DNA from: Candidatus Tayloriibacteriota bacterium | Lineage (GTDB): Bacteria; Patescibacteriota; Minisyncoccia; Phycocordibacterales; PALSA-1337 | Length of the DNA: 64,000 nt | NCBI GenBank assembly: GCA_903839695.1 | Contig: CAIMDI010000010.1 | Coordinates: 6,703-70,702 of the forward strand | Reading direction: 5' to 3' | In this document: piece by piece, positions 20,570-29,090 of the stretch | Numbering within the stretch: position 1 is the stretch's first letter | Layout of the letters: each line of letters starts with the position of its first letter | The notes under the pieces: model-generated | Seen by the model: the letters and a program-made list of their open reading frames with translations, nothing else | The model's database searches: none | What the model was told of the DNA's origin: nothing | Made by a program: the position numbers and the translations under genes

Positions 20570-23500
20570 TTATTCTAATACTTTAACTCTTTCTACGATC
20601 ATACTTTTTTGACCATTTCGTTCTGACATTTTTCCTTTAACTGCGATGCATTTGTCAGGCACAAAGGCATTCTTAAATTCAAAGAGTATGCGAGGGAAGA
20701 CAACAGTTTCTAAGTCTCCAGAAAAGTCTGCTACTTTTACAAAAGCCATTAAATCACCTTTCTTTGTATTGATTGGTTTTATTTCCTCAACAATGCATGC
20801 AATTGTAAATTCCTCACCGTCTATTAACGTTTCTTTTGCGTTTTTAATATTCATATCTCTTTTTGATATAATTTCTTTATAGCGATCAAGGGGATGACCA
20901 GAGATATACAATCCAAGTAACTCCTTTTCCCAAGCAAGTTTTTCCCTAATCTCAGCATTTGGCACTTCAGCAAGTTTTAATTGAGGAATCGAAGATGTAT
21001 CTGTCATAAGACCAAATAATGATTCTTGATTTTCTGTGTTTTTATCTTTCTCTTTATTATATGCAAGAATAGTTTCGACATTACCCATAAGAATTCCACG
21101 ATCAATACCAAAATTATCTAATGCACCTACTTTGATTAATGCTTCAAGAGATTTTTTATTTAAATTCCTATCTTTTACTCTATCAAGAAAGTCAGAAAGA
21201 GATTTGAATTTACCATTTCTTTTTCTTTCGTCAATTATGGCTGTAGCAATACCCTGGCCAAAGTTTTTTATTGTTACTAATCCAAAGCGAATAGTATCTT
21301 TATTTTCTCCCTCACGTTTTACCACGGTGAATTGACTAAAGCTTTCATTAATATCTGGAGGTAAAATAGGTATTTGCATTCTTTTACATTCACCAATTAT
21401 TTCTGCAATTTTTTCTACATCACCAGAATCCGCTGTTAGAACTGCGGACATATAAATAGCGGGGAAATTGGCCTTCATATAGGCTGTTTGATATGCTACG
21501 CGACCGTAGGATGCAGCGTGGGAATTATGTACTACAAAATCATTTGCAATAAAATTGTGATCAGGTGGAACTGTTAAATCATACGTCATTTCTTTTGCAG
21601 ACTTTTTTATCGAAACTATTTCATCCCAATATATATCAGAATTAGCTAAATTAATTAATTCCTCTGATTTTAACTCCATACCAATTATATTAATAGTTCC
21701 TCTTTGAAAACCGATTTTATTTTTATCAAAGGAAAATATCCTCTTTGATAATCCTAGTTTTTCCGAAATACTATTTACAGAAATATTTTTTTCAAGCATT
21801 ATTTTTCTAATATAAACTAATACCATCGCAGGAATTATATCCTTTGTTCCTCTTGCGGGATTGTCTGAAAGATGATCAGTGTTTTTCGCTAAAATGATCA
21901 TATCTAATTTCTTTTTGCCAATTAAATGTTTGCCAATTCCACTTTTAAATTTTACTAAGTTAATTCTTCCAGAGACAACTATGGTATATCCAAGTTTATA
22001 TCCATTTTTGTATTTAAATTTTTTATTATGAATAGTTGAAATGATTCCAAGTCTCAGTAATAGATGTTGAGTATCTGTTGATAACTTGTACGAACTAGTG
22101 GCGTAATATACTTGTTGGTTTTTTATACTGATACAACCGTCCCCTTGCCACATTTTACCCAACAGAATTTCCAATGACTCCTTGTTATACTCAAAAGCAA
22201 ATTTAGGAATATATTTTTCCGTTGCTTTATGATATGAAAGCCCCATTTCTTTTATCCATTGAAATATAGAATTGCCGTCTTTATTATTATTTTGACCACA
22301 ATATACAGCAATTGCCGCTTTACTTTTATCAATAGTAAATTTTATATTTTTAAATATACTTGCATTTTTAATAAAATCATTAACTTCATTTTCTTGTTTT
22401 GAATAGAAATAGATTCCATGAGGATGGCAAAAATTACCTTCTGAAATTAAATAACCCAGACTCGCTGCTTTCTCTGGTTCGGAGATTTTGCCGAGTATTT
22501 TCTCTAAAGTTCTTGGTACAGCTATTCTTTGTCCAACTTTTAATTCTCCAAGATTAGTCCAACCACTAAATGTTAGGAATGGATGATTTTCTGTTGCTTT
22601 TATATTCTTGCCAAGTCTAGTCTTTAATTCAAATATATTTTTAATACCGTTTTCCATTACGGCACTTATTTGATTTGACTTAAGTGAATGCTTTGAAGAT
22701 AAAGAAAGTATTTTTAGTTTTAAATTATTTTCATATATTTCCTTCGCCGTGTGAATTTGTCCTGTGTTAGAGTTTACTATTTTTGTATCTCCGACTATAC
22801 ATTTATTGAATCCATACGCAGCGAAAGGTTCAATAAGCTTCCATAATTGATTTGCTTTTGTTTTTGCCATTCCATTTTTTACTAAACCAGAAAGCAATTT
22901 TTCTTTTTGTTCCTCCATGTCTTTGGGAATTTTTTTACCCATAGCCTTTCGGAGCTTATCAGCCTCCAACCAAGAATATCCGCCAAGCTTGATGGCTATC
23001 ATCATAACGTCATCCTGATATGTAATAACTCCATAAGACATATCAAGTATATCTTTCATTCTAGGGTCTAAATATTCTATTTTGGTATTATCATGTTTTC
23101 TTTCAATATATTGAGGTATGGATTCTATCGGGCCTGGGCGATACAATGCCACCATAGCGTTAATATCATGTACTCTAGATGGTTTTAGTTCAACAAGGAA
23201 TTTGGTCATTCCTGCTCCGTTTAATTGAAATAGACCTATAGTCTCACCTCGAGCTAGCATTTCAAAAGTTTTTTTATCATCCAAAGGTATATTCTCGATA
23301 TCAATCAATTTATTTTCAATTTTTTTAACTCTTTCAACTGCATCGGCAAGTATTGAAAGATTTTTTATTCCTAGAAAGTCAAATTTTAAAAGCCCGACAC
23401 CATCTTCACCAACTGCATGCATATCATATTGAGTTATGATTTTTTTGGTTCCATCTTCTTTGCCTTTTGTATCGTATTGAAGTGGTACATGTTCTGTTAA

Positions 23501-25078
23501 TGGATCTGGAGAAATAACCACACCTGCTGCGTGAACAGAAATGTGTCTTGCACATCCTTCAATTTTTTTTGCCATATCAATAATTCGTTTTGTATCTGTT
23601 TCTCTGTCGTATGCGTCTTTTAATTCAGAAACTTCAGTTAAGGCTCTATCTATAGTCATTGGAAAACCTTGCGCACCCATTGGAATTAATTTAGAAATTC
23701 TATCAGCAATATCATAAGGATAACCCATAGCTCTGGCTACGTCTCTTACTGCACCTCTTGCCATCATTGTTCCGAATGTACCGATTTGTGCAACTTTATC
23801 ATGACCGTATTTTTTGCGTGTATATTCTATAACCTCATCGCGTCTATTATCGGCAAAGTCCATATCAATATCAGGTGCCGAAGGTCTTTCAGGATTTAGA
23901 AATCTTTCAAAGGGAAGTTTGTATGCTAATGGATCTACATTGGTAATTTTCGTTAAATATGTAGTAAGTGAACCTGCAACCGATCCTCGAATATTAGTTA
24001 GAATTCCATTTTCATGTGCATATCTTAATAAATCAGATACCACAAGAAAATATTGTGCATATCCTTTATTTTTTATAATCATTAATTCGTATTCAAGTCT
24101 ATCAACAACTTCTTTTGTGGGACTAAGGCCTCGAATGGGAATACCCTCGTATGCCAATCTTTTTAATTCATCATCATGAGATAGTCCACTTTCAACTATG
24201 AAATTTGGAAAATACCATTTACCCAAAGTAATATCTAAATTACACATTTCTGCAATTTTTATTGTATTTGCAATGGCTTCAGGAATATCTTTAAATAATT
24301 CTTCAGCTTTTTCTTGAGAAATGAAAGAAAAATCTTCTTCATCTTCAGAATTATTCATTCCACCACCAGCAGAATTTCTATCAGATATATCACCTGATGT
24401 ATTTACAAGCATTAATGTATCACGAGCTTCTCTATCTTCTTGATGTAAATAATATACATCGTGACCAGCAACTATTGGTGTATTGGTTTGACGTGCAATT
24501 TTAATTAATTCCTGCATAAGATTTTCATGTCCTTGAATCTCTGGATGACGTGTAATTTCAATATAAAAATTATCTTCACCGTATGTTTTTTTGTAAAAAT
24601 TTATAGTCTCAATTGCCTTATCAATATTTTTTGATTTTATGGCTTGTGATATTTCACTAGAAAAGGATGGTGAAATGCAAATTAAATTATCTTTGTATTT
24701 TTCTATAAGTTCTTTATCAATACGAGGTTTGTAATAAAAACCTTCTAGATTTGAATCTGTCACTAATTTGATTAAATTCTTGTAGCCATCATAATTTTTG
24801 GCAAGTAAAATATGGCGTGTTCGGCGATTGTCTATTCCTGCTTGCATATCTTTCCTTCCTCTCAATGCCATGTAAAAGTCTACACCCAATATAGGCTTTA
24901 TACCTTTCTTTTTACATCGCTGATAGAATTCTATAGCACCATAAAGGTTTCCAGCATCAGTTAATGCCAGCGCTGTCATGTTTTGTTTTATAGCTTCGTC
25001 TACCAAATCATCTATTTTAGGAAGGGCATTGAGCAATGAATAATGACTGTGAGTATGTAGATGAATGAATTTGGACAT
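20570..25078 (-). CDS. dnaE: DNA polymerase III alpha subunit, intein-containing
   Basis: HLHTHSHYSLL PHP motif, RGSVAGS, FERFLNPER..PDIDMDF, GLLKFDFLG, YGFNK|intein|SHAASY; start moved to MSKFIH. Confidence 0.97.
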   Translation of the reverse strand: MSKFIHLHTHSHYSLLNALPKIDDLVDEAIKQNMTALALTDAGNLYGAIEFYQRCKKKGIKPILGVDFYMALRGRKDMQAGIDNRRTRHILLAKNYDGYKNLIKLVTDSNLEGFYYKPRIDKELIEKYKDNLICISPSFSSEISQAIKSKNIDKAIETINFYKKTYGEDNFYIEITRHPEIQGHENLMQELIKIARQTNTPIVAGHDVYYLHQEDREARDTLMLVNTSGDISDRNSAGGGMNNSEDEEDFSFISQEKAEELFKDIPEAIANTIKIAEMCNLDITLGKWYFPNFIVESGLSHDDELKRLAYEGIPIRGLSPTKEVVDRLEYELMIIKNKGYAQYFLVVSDLLRYAHENGILTNIRGSVAGSLTTYLTKITNVDPLAYKLPFERFLNPERPSAPDIDMDFADNRRDEVIEYTRKKYGHDKVAQIGTFGTMMARGAVRDVARAMGYPYDIADRISKLIPMGAQGFPMTIDRALTEVSELKDAYDRETDTKRIIDMAKKIEGCARHISVHAAGVVISPDPLTEHVPLQYDTKGKEDGTKKIITQYDMHAVGEDGVGLLKFDFLGIKNLSILADAVERVKKIENKLIDIENIPLDDKKTFEMLARGETIGLFQLNGAGMTKFLVELKPSRVHDINAMVALYRPGPIESIPQYIERKHDNTKIEYLDPRMKDILDMSYGVITYQDDVMMIAIKLGGYSWLEADKLRKAMGKKIPKDMEEQKEKLLSGLVKNGMAKTKANQLWKLIEPFAAYGFNKCIVGDTKIVNSNTGQIHTAKEIYENNLKLKILSLSSKHSLKSNQISAVMENGIKNIFELKTRLGKNIKATENHPFLTFSGWTNLGELKVGQRIAVPRTLEKILGKISEPEKAASLGYLISEGNFCHPHGIYFYSKQENEVNDFIKNASIFKNIKFTIDKSKAAIAVYCGQNNNKDGNSIFQWIKEMGLSYHKATEKYIPKFAFEYNKESLEILLGKMWQGDGCISIKNQQVYYATSSYKLSTDTQHLLLRLGIISTIHNKKFKYKNGYKLGYTIVVSGRINLVKFKSGIGKHLIGKKKLDMIILAKNTDHLSDNPARGTKDIIPAMVLVYIRKIMLEKNISVNSISEKLGLSKRIFSFDKNKIGFQRGTINIIGMELKSEELINLANSDIYWDEIVSIKKSAKEMTYDLTVPPDHNFIANDFVVHNSHAASYGRVAYQTAYMKANFPAIYMSAVLTADSGDVEKIAEIIGECKRMQIPILPPDINESFSQFTVVKREGENKDTIRFGLVTIKNFGQGIATAIIDERKRNGKFKSLSDFLDRVKDRNLNKKSLEALIKVGALDNFGIDRGILMGNVETILAYNKEKDKNTENQESLFGLMTDTSSIPQLKLAEVPNAEIREKLAWEKELLGLYISGHPLDRYKEIISKRDMNIKNAKETLIDGEEFTIACIVEEIKPINTKKGDLMAFVKVADFSGDLETVVFPRILFEFKNAFVPDKCIAVKGKMSERNGQKSMIVERVKVLE
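21524..22801 (-). mobile_element. intein (426 aa) with LAGLIDADG homing endonuclease in dnaE
   Basis: N-terminus CIVGDTKI, block B ATENHPF, LGYLISEG and LLGKMWQGDG LAGLIDADG motifs, YDLTV..HNFIAN, C-terminal VHN followed by Ser; removal restores FNKSH. Confidence 0.96.
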
Positions 25079-25200
25079 ATTACCATTATAGCAAATATCG
25101 TAGGTTATCCCCAAGTTCTTAAGATTTGATAAATTATTTGCAAAATTTGCTATGGACAATAGCTATTATATTGATAACATTGGTTGAAATGATAGTTTAA

Positions 25201-25818
25201 ATGAAAAAAGACTCAAAAAATAAAAATCTCTATAAATACCTCATTGGTATTGACGAAGTAGGTCGGGGACCTATAGCTGGTCCTGTGGCTGTTGGCGCTT
25301 TTGTATATCTCAAACCAGAAGCAAAAAAATATTTTCATGGCGTAAAAGAGTCAAAACAATTAACAGAAGAGAAAAGGGAAATTTGGTTTAGTAAAATAAA
25401 AAAAGCGAAGCAAGATGGTCTAATTGACTTTGCTGTGTCATTTCAAAATGAAAAAATAATTGATAAAAAAGGCATATCTTTTGCAATAAAAAAAGCTTTA
25501 GCGACTTCAGTATCTGTATTTAAGATAAAACCCGAAGAAGTTATGATTTTACTGGATGGCGGATTAAGGGCGCCTGCAGAATATACAAATCAAAAGACAA
25601 TTATTAAGGGAGATGTAAAGGAGCAGGTCATTGCCCTTGCATCTATTTGCGCAAAAGTAATGCGAGACAGAAAAATGATTGTATGGTCCAAAAAGTACAC
25701 AAAATACGGATTTGATAAAAATAAGGGCTATGGAACTAGTCAGCATTATGAAGCTATTAGGAAGTATGGACTTATCGATTTGCACAGGAGAAGTTTCTTG
25801 CAAAAATCCTTAATATAA
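25201..25818 (+). CDS. rnhB: ribonuclease HII
   Basis: GIDEVGRGPIAGPV, IKGD, ASICAKVMRD, KGYGT, HRRSF. Confidence 0.96.
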   Translation: MKKDSKNKNLYKYLIGIDEVGRGPIAGPVAVGAFVYLKPEAKKYFHGVKESKQLTEEKREIWFSKIKKAKQDGLIDFAVSFQNEKIIDKKGISFAIKKALATSVSVFKIKPEEVMILLDGGLRAPAEYTNQKTIIKGDVKEQVIALASICAKVMRDRKMIVWSKKYTKYGFDKNKGYGTSQHYEAIRKYGLIDLHRRSFLQKSLI

Positions 25819-25835
25819 GCTAATATAATAAAACT

Positions 25836-26060
25836 ATGGTAAACCGAATGAGAGCAAATAGATCGCATCGCGATAATAGACGTTCACATCACGCTTTAGA
25901 TGATGTGCGACTTTCTAAATGCGCTAACTGCGGATCACAGCATATCAGACATACTATGTGTGATAAATGTGGTACTTACAGAGGCAAAAAGGTGATAGAC
26001 ATGACAGCATTAGTAGCAAAGAAAACATCGAAAAAGCAGAAAAAGGAGGTTAAGAAATAG
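25836..26060 (+). CDS. rpmF: 50S ribosomal protein L32
   Basis: RRSHHAL, CANC..HTMC..CGTYRG. Confidence 0.95.
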   Translation: MVNRMRANRSHRDNRRSHHALDDVRLSKCANCGSQHIRHTMCDKCGTYRGKKVIDMTALVAKKTSKKQKKEVKK

Positions 26061-26089
26061 TTAAAAATTGGGTTCGTTCTTTATAAAAT

Positions 26090-26989
26090 ATGGCAAACAG
26101 ACATCTTTCAAGATCAGTAGTACTCCAATCACTCTTTGAGTGGGACTTTCGAGGTTGTCATAATGAAACTATAAAAGAAACAGTCACTCGTATATCGAAG
26201 GAATTTGCTCCTGGTATGAGTGATTTTTCTTTTGTTCAAGAATTAATAGATAGTATTTTGGCGAAAAAGAATGATTTGGATGAAGTTATTACCAAGGCCG
26301 CACCAGATTGGCCTTTAGACAAAATATCACTTATTGATAGAAATATTTTAAGAATTGGTTTATACGAATTACTTTTTGCAAATAGAGATGAAGTTCCAGC
26401 AAAAGTAGCTATAAATGAGGCTATTGAGTTGGCAAAAAGTTTTGGTGGTGAAAACAGTAGTAAATTCGTAAATGGAGTGTTGGGATCTGTTTATAAAGAA
26501 ATTGGAGAGCCTGGAAAAGATTCTATTTCAAAGAAAAAGAAAAAAATTGAAGATATTCCATACGAACAAATGCCGATACAAAATCTAGGCGGAGCTGTAG
26601 TATATTCTAGACATGAAGGAGAGATATATTTAGCTTTTGTTCATGATATATTTGGACATTGGACTTTGTCTAAGGGTAAAATTCCTGAAGGTGATGTAAA
26701 GATAGGTACAATTGCTAAAATTAAAGAGGAAATGGGATTGGATGTAGAAATAGTAGATGATTTAGGTGATAACGGTTATATTGCAAGTGATCCAGAAAAA
26801 GGAAAATTAAGAAAACACGTTCATTACTTTTTGGCTGAGTCAAAGTATGAAAATATAAAGCTAGCTCAAAAACCTGGTCTCGATGACGCTAAATGGTTCA
26901 AATTATCAGACATATTAGAATTAAATTTCTATAATGATATTTTACCAATAGTAACAAAAGCTATCACAATTTTGAATAAAAAAATATAA
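26090..26989 (+). CDS. nusB: NusB fused to a NUDIX-fold domain
   Basis: RHLSR..LQSLF, DRNILRIG, VAINEAIELAK, FVNGVLG; C-terminal GAVV..WTLSKG..EEMGL. Confidence 0.92.
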   Translation: MANRHLSRSVVLQSLFEWDFRGCHNETIKETVTRISKEFAPGMSDFSFVQELIDSILAKKNDLDEVITKAAPDWPLDKISLIDRNILRIGLYELLFANRDEVPAKVAINEAIELAKSFGGENSSKFVNGVLGSVYKEIGEPGKDSISKKKKKIEDIPYEQMPIQNLGGAVVYSRHEGEIYLAFVHDIFGHWTLSKGKIPEGDVKIGTIAKIKEEMGLDVEIVDDLGDNGYIASDPEKGKLRKHVHYFLAESKYENIKLAQKPGLDDAKWFKLSDILELNFYNDILPIVTKAITILNKKI

Positions 26990-26994
26990 ATTCT

Positions 26995-27690
26995 ATGCCC
27001 GATTATTTAAAATTCTCTGAAAAATTAAATGTAAAATTTAATGATATAAGTCTCCTCAAAAGAGCTTGTACACATCGTTCATATTTAAATGAAAATAAAT
27101 CAGCAGGTTTAGAGCACAATGAAAGATTAGAATTTCTTGGAGATGCAGTTTTGGAATTGGTTGTAACTAGTTTTCTTTTTAGAAAATACCCAGGTAAAAA
27201 CGAAGGAGATTTAACATCTTACAGATCAGCACTTGTAAATACACATAGTTTGTCAAAAGTAGCACTTCATATAGGTGTTGATGAATATATTTTATTGTCA
27301 AAAGGAGAATCCAGAGATACAGGAAGGGCAAGGTCAATTATTCACGCAGATACCATAGAGGCTATTATTGGTTCAGTATATTTGGATCAAGGTTATGATG
27401 CCGCAGCCAATTTTATTTCTGAACAATTATTAGAGGTAATAGACATAGATGATATTGTAGAAAATAAAACATGGTTAGATGCAAAAAGCCGATTTCAAGA
27501 AAAAGCGCAAGAGATGACAGGACTAACTCCATCATATAAAACTGTAAAAGAAACAGGACCAGATCATAGCAAAATATTCACATTGGGTGTATTCATAGGT
27601 GACACACAAGTCGCTCTCGGCTCAGGAATGTCAAAACAAGAAGCAGAGCAAAAAGCTGCAGAAAAAGCATTGGAAGTGAAGGGATGGTAA
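26995..27690 (+). CDS. rnc: ribonuclease III
   Basis: NERLEFLGDAVL, GPDH, dsRBD SKQEAEQKAA. Confidence 0.98.
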   Translation: MPDYLKFSEKLNVKFNDISLLKRACTHRSYLNENKSAGLEHNERLEFLGDAVLELVVTSFLFRKYPGKNEGDLTSYRSALVNTHSLSKVALHIGVDEYILLSKGESRDTGRARSIIHADTIEAIIGSVYLDQGYDAAANFISEQLLEVIDIDDIVENKTWLDAKSRFQEKAQEMTGLTPSYKTVKETGPDHSKIFTLGVFIGDTQVALGSGMSKQEAEQKAAEKALEVKGW

Positions 27691-27741
27691 ATACTAAATA
27701 ATTATAGTGAAATTGAGAGGCTATTATGTTAAAATACTCTT

Positions 27742-27798
27742 ATGTATCTCAAGTCATTAGAGATTTCAGGATTTAAATCTCTAATTAATCACAGTTAA
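27742..27798 (+). pseudogene. truncated duplicate of the smc 5' end
   Basis: Encodes MYLKSLEISGFKS (identical to SMC residues 1-13), then LINHS*; has its own TGtTAAAAT promoter. Confidence 0.88.
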
Positions 27799-27801
27799 AT
27801 T

Positions 27802-27870
27802 TTGCATAATTCACTGAATTTGGTATAATTTGGTGAATATGTTCACTGAATTAGTATAAAAATAGTGAAT
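27802..27870 (+). promoter_or_regulatory. promoter of the AAA-DUF4143 gene with two tandem palindromic operator-like boxes
   Basis: TTGCAT-16-TATAAT; boxes at 27809-27838 and 27841-27870, TTCACTGAATT..GTATAA..GTGAAT. Confidence 0.7.
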
Positions 27871-27883
27871 CTATTAAAATAAC

Positions 27884-29020
27884 ATGAAAATACATAGATA
27901 TTTAAAGGATAGGCTGGTAGCCAGTCTAGGCAAAAAAAAGATACTTATTGTGTATGGTCCTCGACAAGTTGGTAAAACTACACTAGTAAAAGAATTTCTA
28001 ATCGATAATGCCAATAGTGTTTATTATAATTGTGATCAAGACGAGACTCGTATTCTTTTTGAAGAAGCAAATCTAGAGAAGCTTGGATTTTTGGTAAAAA
28101 AATACGATACTATCGTTATAGATGAAGCCCAAAAGGTAAAAAATATCGGTTTATCTTTAAAGATCATTTTTGATAATTTCCCAGATAAAAATTATATAGT
28201 TACAGGATCTTCATCTTTTGATCTCGCAGAGTCTGTGTCCGAGCCACTTACTGGTAGATTTTTCTCATACACGATGTTCCCAGTTGCAGAAGTAGAATTA
28301 TCTAGGGACAAAAATCCTATTGAAATTAGAGAATCACTCGAGACTCGTTTGATATATGGTTCATATCCAGAAGTTATTACTGCACCCGATATTGAAACAA
28401 AAAAAGAAATAATAAAAAATATTACATCAAATTATTTATTTAAAGATATTCTAGCTTTAGATATAATACGAAATTCAGATGATTTGAAAAAGTTATTGCA
28501 AGCATTAGCTCTACAGAGTGGTAATGAAGTCTCTTATACAGAACTTGCACAGACACTAGGTATTGATAAAAATACTGTAAAAAAATATCTAGAAATTTGT
28601 GAAAAGCTTTATATATTATTTTCATTATCACCTTATGCATCAAAAAAGCGTAAATCAATATCAATGCTTAAAAAGTATTATTTTTTTGATCTTGGTATTA
28701 GAAATGCTCTAATAAATAATTTTAATTCACTTTCAACTAGGAATGATACTGGGGCACTTTGGGAAAATTATATGATTCTGGAAAGGATGAAGTATAACTC
28801 CGCAAGAGGTTTTGATCCTATATATTATTTCTTTCGTTCATACGATATGCAGGAGATAGATTTGTTTGAAGATGAGGGAGGTGTGATAAATGGATTTGAG
28901 TTCAAATTTACTAAAGGTAATATAAGTCGTACCATGAAGGATATATTTGATAATGATATAGAAGGTAAGGAATTAAAGATTATTAGTAGGGATAACTACT
29001 CAGAGTTTATTGGAGGGTAA
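27884..29020 (+). CDS. AAA_14 + DUF4143 ATP-binding protein (wHTH and PD-(D/E)xK-like C-terminus)
   Basis: GPRQVGKTT, IDEAQ, TGSSS, LTGR, GSYP, YFFDLGIRNA, EIDL..FEFK. Confidence 0.92.
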   Translation: MKIHRYLKDRLVASLGKKKILIVYGPRQVGKTTLVKEFLIDNANSVYYNCDQDETRILFEEANLEKLGFLVKKYDTIVIDEAQKVKNIGLSLKIIFDNFPDKNYIVTGSSSFDLAESVSEPLTGRFFSYTMFPVAEVELSRDKNPIEIRESLETRLIYGSYPEVITAPDIETKKEIIKNITSNYLFKDILALDIIRNSDDLKKLLQALALQSGNEVSYTELAQTLGIDKNTVKKYLEICEKLYILFSLSPYASKKRKSISMLKKYYFFDLGIRNALINNFNSLSTRNDTGALWENYMILERMKYNSARGFDPIYYFFRSYDMQEIDLFEDEGGVINGFEFKFTKGNISRTMKDIFDNDIEGKELKIISRDNYSEFIGG

Positions 29021-29090
29021 TTCCTATTTTAGTTGTTTAACTTTATTACTTTAATTCATAAATTTTACGAATTTATGCTAAAATATACGC

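Noticed and set aside
25114-25124. Single TCTTAAGAACT (minus strand) upstream of dnaE matching the toxin-promoter repeat
   Set aside because: Only one copy, with different spacing to the -10; plausible by chance in AT-rich DNA
25079-25159. N-terminal extension of DnaE
   Set aside because: The PHP motif starts right after Met at 25078, which has TGcTATAAT 6 nt upstream
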